A stretch of 64,000 nt of DNA, taken from contig CANMSA010000007.1 in NCBI GenBank assembly GCA_947500385.1, positions 116,929 through 180,928 on the forward strand, read 5' to 3'. Under the pieces are notes generated by a model that worked only from the letters and a program-made list of their open reading frames with translations, did not search any database and was not told the origin of the DNA. Made by a program: the position numbers and the translations under genes. Numbering within the stretch: the first letter of the stretch is position 1; each line of letters starts with the position of its first letter. Source of the stretch: an uncultured Flavobacteriaceae bacterium. GTDB lineage: Bacteria > Bacteroidota > Bacteroidia > Flavobacteriales > Flavobacteriaceae. Below are positions 56,570 through 64,000 of the stretch, piece by piece.

Positions 56570-56621
56570 TTTTTTTCTTTATAAAGTAAACAGAACAGTC
56601 TAATTATTTAAATACTATCCA

Positions 56622-57515
56622 ATGAAGTATGTATCAAAATCACTATTCGTGGTATCGCTCGCTTTGTTACTTTTTTCCTGTAAAGCAGTAGATCTACGTA
56701 CAGATGCCTTGTTAAACAAGACGATCGACAACCCGGAAGAGCAGGGTAGAACGCTTTTGACAGCATCAAAAAAAGCAATGGGTTATGACCTTTTGGAGCA
56801 AACCGAAGTATATGAAACGAAGGCCGTATTCACTTGGAACCCCGTATGGCTAGTAATGCCTATGAACGCTTTTCCTGGAAACAATAAGAAAGAGCTGCAG
56901 CTGCGATTGGCGACCAATAGCTTTGATGGGCAGGTAGAATACATGGAAGGTCGAAAGAAAGGAACTATTCAAGGATTGCAATCATGGGAAGGGTATAAAA
57001 CCAGCGTTCAGGGCAATAAGTTAAAGCGGCATGAGCATGATCGTTACATTTGGGGCCTCGCAACGTATCATTACCTCTTGGAAGCACCGATGCATTTACC
57101 AAATGCAGAGATTGTGCGCTATGCCGGCAAAAAAGAACTTGACGGTATCGACTATGATGTTGTATTTGTGAGCTGGGGAAGCGAAGCACCCAATAAAACC
57201 TACGATCGTATGCTGGCGTACATCAATCCCAATACGCAATTTATAGACCTGCTAGAGGTTACCATCAACGATTTCTTTATTACAATGCCCAAAGGGTTGC
57301 AGCATGCCACTGCCCGTTATAAAAGGGAAAAGACAAACATCGGCACCTACCTGCCGAGTAAAGTAACCATTCAATTCAAAGCGCCCAAAGCACCGGATGG
57401 GGAGGGAGTATATCACTTTTCACTGTCAGACTACAGGTTTGATTCTTTTAATAAAAAGAAGCTGTACCCCATTACAGGTCTACAGACATATGGTTTCTCC
57501 AAACCCTCAAAATAA
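56622..57515 (+). CDS. Hypothetical lipoprotein
   Basis: Lipobox LFSC; long clean ORF downstream of TetR. Confidence 0.8.
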   Translation: MKYVSKSLFVVSLALLLFSCKAVDLRTDALLNKTIDNPEEQGRTLLTASKKAMGYDLLEQTEVYETKAVFTWNPVWLVMPMNAFPGNNKKELQLRLATNSFDGQVEYMEGRKKGTIQGLQSWEGYKTSVQGNKLKRHEHDRYIWGLATYHYLLEAPMHLPNAEIVRYAGKKELDGIDYDVVFVSWGSEAPNKTYDRMLAYINPNTQFIDLLEVTINDFFITMPKGLQHATARYKREKTNIGTYLPSKVTIQFKAPKAPDGEGVYHFSLSDYRFDSFNKKKLYPITGLQTYGFSKPSK

Positions 57516-57977
57516 GGGTATATCGCAGGAGATCGAAAAAAGTTTGAAACTTTTTCTTTTCAAGTTACATTATGATGAGACGATATTCGAATCTTAAATA
57601 CCGTAGGTTAATGAAGAATCGATAGAGGGCGCGCTCCTCTTTTTATTGGTAAACATGTACAACCTTTTATCCTTGACCAAACCGTGTTTCCGGTCTTTCA
57701 TCGGTGCAGCACTTGCTTGTCCATGATGTGGGGGGGAATTGTAAAATCGCACAATGGTATAAAGTGCTCTTAGAGGTGGCCTCAATAACGGTACGAATAC
57801 GGTTATAAGACGAACTACCGATTTTACCGGACGGCATGTTGTAAGGACGATCTTGAGGGACGAAAGGCCGCTTCAAATGCACTTTATCGATTTGTTCGTA
57901 CACTTCGTCAGCTTTACGTAAGAATTTCCTTGGTAAAGGGGTTGTTATAGTCCCAAATGATACCAAACCAAACCCGC

Positions 57978-58379
57978 ATGAAACTAAACGTTATTGTAAT
58001 AGACGATTCCCCTATTCAACTTTTGATCGCTTCAAAATTGATACAAAAAAACGAATGTTTAACTCTGCTAGGTTCCTATACAAACCCCACCTTGGGGCTG
58101 GCTGCCGTGAATAGTATGGATGTTGACATTGTTTTACTGGATGTCGAAATGCCAAAAATGGATGGCTTTTCGTTCAAAAAGGGTATTAACAAAGAAGTTC
58201 CTGTGATAATGAATTCTACTAGAAGTTCATTTAAAAGTGAAGCCTTGCGTTCTGGAGTCATGGACTTTTTGTGCAAACCTTTGAACGCTACCAAACTGGG
58301 CAGTGCCGTTTCAAAAATTATCGCGGTTTGTTCACATAAGAGCTATCCACCAAATGTGTTTCCGGCAATTGCCAGTTAA
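57978..58379 (+). CDS. Stand-alone receiver (CheY-like) protein
   Basis: VIDD, LLDVEMPKMDG and DFLCKP motifs. Confidence 0.85.
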   Translation: MKLNVIVIDDSPIQLLIASKLIQKNECLTLLGSYTNPTLGLAAVNSMDVDIVLLDVEMPKMDGFSFKKGINKEVPVIMNSTRSSFKSEALRSGVMDFLCKPLNATKLGSAVSKIIAVCSHKSYPPNVFPAIAS

Positions 58380-58699
58380 TCACTCGATTGTTCATACTTG
58401 GGTAGATCTGTAAAAAACGTTTTGTCGCTACTCTTGATCAATTGCCCCTTCGAAATTCTTTTCTATTGTTGGTCGTTATGCCCCGTTTTCTGCTTACTAC
58501 TGGCTAAACTATTGTAAGAGTCCCTTATTGTAGGGGGCATTGCTGTGGAACAAAGTATGCCTTTATTTTACTTATAAAGGCCATACTTACCAAGCCGGTA
58601 ACTTCCCCCATTACTTTTTCGGTAAGCTGGCCTAAAAAGACCTATTTTGAGTTTGGCTTCATCTATCACTTTCGCGCTTATCAGAAACCGAAAACCCCT

Positions 58700-58888
58700 T
58701 TAGGCGGTCAGTGCTTCGATTGCGGCACTAGGCGCGTCGCGTATGACGGCTTTAATGCCTTGTAAACATGCTTTTTTGGTAGCATATCGTTCACTTGTTG
58801 CGATGATCGCACCATTTTCTTGAGCGTATAAGTTGAACATATATTGGCCATCGTTTGTTTTTTCGACAACAAATTTCGGGTAATCCAT
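58700..58888 (-). CDS. YegP/DUF1508 family protein (single domain)
   Basis: GQY.FNL.A.NG.IIATSERY.TK..C..GI..V. Confidence 0.85.
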   Translation of the reverse strand: MDYPKFVVEKTNDGQYMFNLYAQENGAIIATSERYATKKACLQGIKAVIRDAPSAAIEALTA

Positions 58889-58984
58889 GGTGGGCGTTTA
58901 AGGTAATAATTGCCAAACCTATAACCATTCAGGAATTTGACCTTGCGGAAATCCGCAGTATTGAAAACAAATTTGAAGAATTCT

Positions 58985-59653
58985 TTAAATGAGCCCCAAA
59001 CTGGTGGCCATATGTACTAGTTGATGGGAGTTTTTAGCGTCGAAAGTGTCACGAAGTTTACTTACGTTGGCCTCTATGGAGCGTATACTGTTCGGATTGG
59101 TACCGTTGGCTTTGAAATGGGCGCTTATCTCACTTTGCTTAAATCCGTTGGCGAGTAAGCGCAATAGCTGTTGCTCGTAATCACTGAGTTCCAATACGTT
59201 TTTTTGACTTAGGACCGCCGTGGCCACTGGGCAGGTAAATCGTTGGTCAATAAATAGGGTATTCAATGCATTTTCGAGCTCCTTGAGGCCATTGAGTCCC
59301 TTGCATACATACCCATCTACCCCTTGTTTCTCCATCAAATTTTGAATAGTGGAACGCTTGTCGATGACGCTAAATACTACAACTTTTAGGTCGGGTTGTG
59401 CCTTTTTTGCCGCTTTTATCAAGGCTTCGCCGCTTTTTAGCTTACTTTTTCGGTGGGGATTTACAAACGAAAGATCACTTATCAAAAGTTGATAGGGTTG
59501 TTTGTCAAATTGGGCCTTTTTAATTTTTAATAGCGCATCGTCACAATATTGCGACTGGCCAATAGTATGTACGCCAATGGATTTTAGCTTCGTTACGACG
59601 CCAAAATTGTTACTATCAGTATCTTCCGCAACCAAAACCTTGTTAAAATTCAT
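58985..59653 (-). CDS. NarL-type response regulator (REC + HTH)
   Basis: LVAED, ISDLSF and YVCK; C-terminal L.LLANG..QSEI...SKLR..F.AKN. Confidence 0.88.
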   Translation of the reverse strand: MNFNKVLVAEDTDSNNFGVVTKLKSIGVHTIGQSQYCDDALLKIKKAQFDKQPYQLLISDLSFVNPHRKSKLKSGEALIKAAKKAQPDLKVVVFSVIDKRSTIQNLMEKQGVDGYVCKGLNGLKELENALNTLFIDQRFTCPVATAVLSQKNVLELSDYEQQLLRLLANGFKQSEISAHFKANGTNPNSIRSIEANVSKLRDTFDAKNSHQLVHMATSLGLI

Positions 59654-59663
59654 GGGGCTAGTT

Positions 59664-61514
59664 TTAAATGGGAAATGTTATTTTAACCGTAAGTCCCTTT
59701 TCAGGTACCGAGTCAAAATTAAAACTTCCGTTTAGGTTTTGAATGCGGTTTTCCACATACCTCAGCCCGTTTCCCCAAGTTCCAGAATCATTTTCAAAGC
59801 CTATACCATTGTCATTGTAATTGAGTTCCATGCTTTTTTTGGTCTTTCCAAAAGTGATTCCCACGAAAGTGGCTTTGCTATATTTGCGCATATTGGTCAT
59901 CAATTCTCGAACGATCCAGAACAGTTGTATTTTTTTTTCTTTGGGAAGTATATCCCAAAAACCGGGCTCTAGCTGAGTGGTAATTATCTTGATCGAATCG
60001 TTTCCGTAGGAATTTAACAACTCGATCAACTCATTGCCATAAGAAACATCGGTTTTTATAGGGGTATGCTCTTTGGAAATATCCCTTGCTTTTTGATACA
60101 CTTTGTCAAGCCCTTCCAGAACCATAAACCCAGTATCATCCCTTAGAAAGGTAGGATCGTTCTTTATTTGGGTCATGAGATAAAAAATGTCATTTCCCAA
60201 TTCATCATGAATTTTTTTGGCTACCCGTATTTCGGTGGTATACTCGGTCTCCATTCTGGTGCGTTTTCGTTGCTGGTTTTTTTGGTAGACCACAAAACCG
60301 ATAGCGAAAAGTGAAAGCACCAATCCGGCAAGGTAGATGGTAATTTGTAGGTCTTTTTCGGCTTTTTGCGCTTTTAATAAAAGATTGTCGTTGGCAAGTG
60401 CGTCATTGTCATATTTGGTGACGGCGTAGATACTTCTTATTTTTTGTTGTGTTCGGGCTAATTGATTTTGAGTTTGGGAATATAGAATTGCCTCCTCACC
60501 CAGATCCAACGCCATTCTTTTTTTTAAGGGGATGACAAGATCTAAAGTTTCTAGTATAGACACATTGTTCTTGAGTTCCTTGGCATTCTTCAAGGCTTCC
60601 AAAGCATGATGCAATGCCTTTTCGGCGTTCTTTTGGAAGTAATATTTTGAAAAATTTGTATGGCTCGAAATAAGGCCGGAAATCGATTTTATTTGGTTGC
60701 GTATGGCCAAAGATCTTGTCATCAAAGATTCACTTTGTTTGTTATCCGGGTCTTGAAGCCAAAGTGCCTTGCCCAGATTATTCAAAAACATCGCTTGCTC
60801 TCCACTATTGGGTTCGACCGCGGCATCGGAAAGTAGGTTTTGAAAAAGGGATATGCCTTGGTCATATTCTTTTTTTAGTACCAAGATGTTGGCGCGCGTA
60901 TTTTGATACGTACGAATGTCTTTGGCAGATATGCTGCTGGAGCCTTCTATCAATTTCATGACACGATTGCTCCAATTTAAAGCTTCTTCATATTCATTTT
61001 GCTCTTTGAAAACAACAGAAATTGTATGGCTTAGTCCTGCAATTTTATGGGTGTCCGAAGGTGGTTTCAGAAAGCTTAGACCATTTAGGGCGGTGGTTTG
61101 GCTCCCTGTCAGGTCCCCAAGCGTTTTCTGAATATTGGCCATCGATCTGAGCATACTACCGGTCATGGTGCTGTCAGATATTGCCAGGTAGATTTTATAG
61201 GCCTCATTGTAATAGTCAAAGGCAGGTTCATAGTTTTGCAGTTCCATGTTGTAATAACCCAATCGAAAGTAAGACTTTGCACGAATCATCGTGTCATTTT
61301 CTATGATTGAAAAACGGAGTAATTTTTCCGTAAGGGCAATTGCACTATCATACTGTTTTCTTTTTGCGATTTTTTTGATTTTGATATCGATTGAATCGGT
61401 GAAAGAAAAATTTGGGACACTACTGTTTTCCTGACTCGGCAGCACCTGTTTTTTACATGCGATTGGGACAAGTATTAAAACAAAGAAGAGGGATAATGCG
61501 AAAAGGTGCTTCAT
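59664..61514 (-). CDS. TPR-containing sensor histidine kinase (lipoprotein signal)
   Basis: PIAC lipobox, TPRs, TM helix, IHDELGN, RELMTNM.KYS, DNGIGF and GNGL. Confidence 0.9.
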   Translation of the reverse strand: MKHLFALSLFFVLILVPIACKKQVLPSQENSSVPNFSFTDSIDIKIKKIAKRKQYDSAIALTEKLLRFSIIENDTMIRAKSYFRLGYYNMELQNYEPAFDYYNEAYKIYLAISDSTMTGSMLRSMANIQKTLGDLTGSQTTALNGLSFLKPPSDTHKIAGLSHTISVVFKEQNEYEEALNWSNRVMKLIEGSSSISAKDIRTYQNTRANILVLKKEYDQGISLFQNLLSDAAVEPNSGEQAMFLNNLGKALWLQDPDNKQSESLMTRSLAIRNQIKSISGLISSHTNFSKYYFQKNAEKALHHALEALKNAKELKNNVSILETLDLVIPLKKRMALDLGEEAILYSQTQNQLARTQQKIRSIYAVTKYDNDALANDNLLLKAQKAEKDLQITIYLAGLVLSLFAIGFVVYQKNQQRKRTRMETEYTTEIRVAKKIHDELGNDIFYLMTQIKNDPTFLRDDTGFMVLEGLDKVYQKARDISKEHTPIKTDVSYGNELIELLNSYGNDSIKIITTQLEPGFWDILPKEKKIQLFWIVRELMTNMRKYSKATFVGITFGKTKKSMELNYNDNGIGFENDSGTWGNGLRYVENRIQNLNGSFNFDSVPEKGLTVKITFPI

Positions 61515-61567
61515 CCCTCTAAGTTACTAAAAATGACTACTATTCTTGGGTCCGGTATTTTGAATAG

Positions 61568-61720
61568 TTAGTTGTCGGGATTGTCGTCACTGTCGTTGTC
61601 TTCTCCCTCGGTTGCTTGGGTTTCGTAAAGGAGTTCGCTTTCAGAAGCAGTGTCGTCGGTACAAGAAAACAAAAGTATGTTGAGTAGTATGGCCCCAAAG
61701 ACCACGATTATTTTTCGCAT
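61568..61720 (-). CDS. Small 50-aa acidic lipoprotein (not in ORF track)
   Basis: MRKIIVVFGAILLNILLFSC-TDDTASESELLYETQATEGEDNDSDDNPDN; lipobox LFSC; directly upstream of the TPR kinase. Confidence 0.75.
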   Translation of the reverse strand: MRKIIVVFGAILLNILLFSCTDDTASESELLYETQATEGEDNDSDDNPDN

Positions 61721-62086
61721 GTTTTTTGGTTTAAAAATTTGACAATAGGGTCACTGTCCGGATCTTCGGCCGATACGATTTTCGGGTGAGCTGACCCGTG
61801 AAAAATGAGAGCGTGCGCATCGCTTTTGGTGGGAAGTAGAAATCGTGTTTGCAGTAACGTTCAGTAACTTCCCGTAGACTATCAGTTGATTGCAATGTGG
61901 ATTTCCGCAATGACCGATGTAGGACTTTTCTTTAATTGCATAGGAAAGCGTTCATTGGCCACAACACAAATGAATGAAGAGTAAAAAGGGATTCATGGAG
62001 AGAAGAAGGAAAAGAGTTTCCGGAAAAAAGCTTCCGTAAAATTTCCATCAAGAATACTGTTATTCACCTCTAAAAGAACACTAACC

Positions 62087-62824
62087 ATGTCAGTAGAAGT
62101 TTTGATAAAGGCATTCGAAAAAGCAAAAATGGATGTGGGATCAGACAAAAAGACGCATCTGTCTACCTACCTATCAGACGTGCTTCAAGAAGAATACAAC
62201 TATACGATCGGCGAAAGGCGATTACGGGATTACTATACCAATTATAAAAATGGCACACATTCTGGTCACGAAGATTTGAAGCCAAAACTCATTGAATGTT
62301 TTTGTCGGTATTTGGGTTATCAAAACTATGCCGCATTTGTTACCAGAAATAGTGCCGGGAGCCATAAGGAACCCTATACTGAAAGTTTTTCGAGAAGTTA
62401 TAGAAGCCCTACAATGGTAATGGCCGACCATACTGACTTTAAATCAAGAAGGAAATATAAAAAGTTTTTGATCGTGTTTGTTGCGGGCATTGCGGGGAGT
62501 GTTTCGTACACGGCATTTGTAAAGGGGGAACATGAGTGCATGGTTTGGGTAAAAGACCATTACGAGAAAAGTGTTTGTGATGGGCAGCAGGGAGAGATTG
62601 CATTGAGAAAGACTATTTTGGATAAACTCAGAAAAGTACAGGTGTGCGATACCACTACTTTCTTTAAAAACAGTGAGCCCGTAATATGGTATGATAGGGT
62701 TGGCAATGAATATGAGTATTTTACTTTTTATGGCCTACACCCTGTTACCGGTAAAACACTTCGCCCGATTACCCAAACTATTATTGATGAGCAGATAAAG
62801 GCTTGTGGCGACCTTGAGGAGTAA
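62087..62824 (+). CDS. Hypothetical protein (N-terminal helical domain, one TM, periplasmic domain)
   Basis: Y.ISER.L..YY-like N-terminus, TM, and CM.W..DHY...WY...YE.FT..G.HP motif. Confidence 0.8.
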   Translation: MSVEVLIKAFEKAKMDVGSDKKTHLSTYLSDVLQEEYNYTIGERRLRDYYTNYKNGTHSGHEDLKPKLIECFCRYLGYQNYAAFVTRNSAGSHKEPYTESFSRSYRSPTMVMADHTDFKSRRKYKKFLIVFVAGIAGSVSYTAFVKGEHECMVWVKDHYEKSVCDGQQGEIALRKTILDKLRKVQVCDTTTFFKNSEPVIWYDRVGNEYEYFTFYGLHPVTGKTLRPITQTIIDEQIKACGDLEE

Positions 62825-62893
62825 GATCCGGTGCTAGGAGTGCAGGATTCCAGGGGGCATTTTTTTATTTAAACATCTCAAACACAACAAAAC

Positions 62894-63349
62894 ATGATGA
62901 CCAAATCTACCAAGCAAAGTATTTTGATCTCTTACGTGATCGGTCTTCCAATGGGGCTTTTATTCCTTGGAGCAGTTATGTTTCTACCGGCCCTACTATA
63001 TAAAGAGGAACCACCCAACCTACGAATACTGGTTCCGTATGGAAAAGCAATTTTTGGGTTGGTCATAGCTTTCATCATAGTGTTATGGTTTGGAGGGGTC
63101 TTGGCCGAGAAAAGTATCCGAAAAGGGAGTTCGGTACTAATGACATCTTTTAAATTTTCGGTGGTGGTCAATCTTACTGTTTGGGCCGTATTTTCGATTA
63201 TAGCGTTTTTCAATAAAGACAAAGGTTATGTATTTTTGATGCTCCCTTTTATAGCCTTCATAGGTTGCACGGTTCTTACCACCATAACGATTGGGTTCTT
63301 CATTGCCTATCGCATTAAACGGATCGTTTTGGAATCCTCGAATGAATAA
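62894..63349 (+). CDS. Hypothetical 4-TM membrane protein
   Basis: Four hydrophobic segments; plausible start. Confidence 0.7.
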   Translation: MMTKSTKQSILISYVIGLPMGLLFLGAVMFLPALLYKEEPPNLRILVPYGKAIFGLVIAFIIVLWFGGVLAEKSIRKGSSVLMTSFKFSVVVNLTVWAVFSIIAFFNKDKGYVFLMLPFIAFIGCTVLTTITIGFFIAYRIKRIVLESSNE

Positions 63350-63439
63350 TATGCCGGTAAAAGGCAAGATGGAGTAAAACAATTTGATAAAATAGGGTTA
63401 TATTTCCCTGTGCTAACGCCTGCGTATCTACCATTTGAC

Positions 63440-64000
63440 ATGCCTCTAAAATACATCACATTCATTTTTGCCTTTTTATGGCCAGGACCTGCATACACCC
63501 TTGCATTTGATACCAAACCTGATGTAACCAGTTATACGTTGACCATTGAGCCCAGAATTGATCAGGGGGATCTGAGCGGTGCCGTCATTATTGATTTTGA
63601 GCTTGACAAAAATGCGGAATCTGTAATCTTTGCCGCAGGGAATCTTGTAATCGATACGGTGGTCGGTGCCCATGTTTTAGGTTTTAGAAAAACGGGGGCA
63701 GACCTGATCCTTGATTTGGCAAAAAGAACGGGAACCGCAAACAAGGTAACCATTACCTATCACGGCACCCCTCGGAAGGGGCTTTTGTTTGATGCAGATA
63801 ATGGCCTGGCCTATACGGTGTATCATACAAGTCAATGGATGGTTTGTAACGATTCGCCTGATGACAAAGCCTTGTTCAATCTCGATTTGGTAGTTGCAAT
63901 GGATCAACGTTGCGTGGCCAGCGGTGTGCTGTTCGATAAGGCTCGGGAGCATACCAAGGTATGCTATTCCTTTCGACAAACGTACGAAAGTCCCACCTAT
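63440..64000 (+). CDS. M1-family aminopeptidase, N-terminal part (runs off window)
   Basis: Open frame from ATG 63440: MPLKYITF...PDVTSYTLTI...ITYHGTP.KGL.F...W.VCND.PDDKA.F.L...VASG. Confidence 0.75.
   Translation, partial: MPLKYITFIFAFLWPGPAYTLAFDTKPDVTSYTLTIEPRIDQGDLSGAVIIDFELDKNAESVIFAAGNLVIDTVVGAHVLGFRKTGADLILDLAKRTGTANKVTITYHGTPRKGLLFDADNGLAYTVYHTSQWMVCNDSPDDKALFNLDLVVAMDQRCVASGVLFDKAREHTKVCYSFRQTYESPTY

Noticed and set aside
57594-57966. Overlapping minus-strand ORFs as a frameshifted gene
   Set aside because: No recognisable motif; it may be an intergenic or promoter region.

Overview
This is a Flavobacteriaceae-like (Bacteroidota) chromosomal window, judged from T9SS C-terminal domains, (T/C)AnnTTTG promoter elements and an extended L21. 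There is no rRNA, CRISPR array or transposase. The first ~41.7 kb is largely an RNA-damage/translation-stress super-locus. It contains an NAD/ADP-ribose operon (deoxyribosyltransferase-like, NADAR with an amber stop, LOG, KptA, metallophosphoesterase), slipin, two different RtcB ligases, PrfH, TPR proteins, a YkuK RNase H-like gene, two Pol-beta nucleotidyltransferases and a WYL regulator. On the minus strand is a 2-kb array of 19 tRNA genes: 11 look intact and 8 are interrupted by short palindromic inserts, mostly at the T-loop. Between YkuK and slipin is a 1.9-kb ORF-free transcript unit preceded by a perfect copy of the probable WYL operator (ACTACGCA-N7-TGCGTAGT). It holds two highly base-paired ~340-400-nt RNA candidates and circularly permuted tRNA-like modules (T arm > closed acceptor stem > D arm). 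Four small-ORF/antiterminator/terminator cassettes sit upstream of rtcB-prfH and the tRNA array. A ~9.2-kb insert bracketed by a duplicated slipin 3' end encodes two unusual T9SS multi-enzymes (phytase-GH9; SGNH esterase-FN3-beta-helix glycosidase) and an AraC regulator. The rest is ordinary: two LytS/LytTR systems, a TonB receptor, rplU-rpmA, TetR, a TPR histidine kinase with a NarL-type regulator, and the start of an M1 peptidase. All RNA folds were derived by eye and need computational confirmation.
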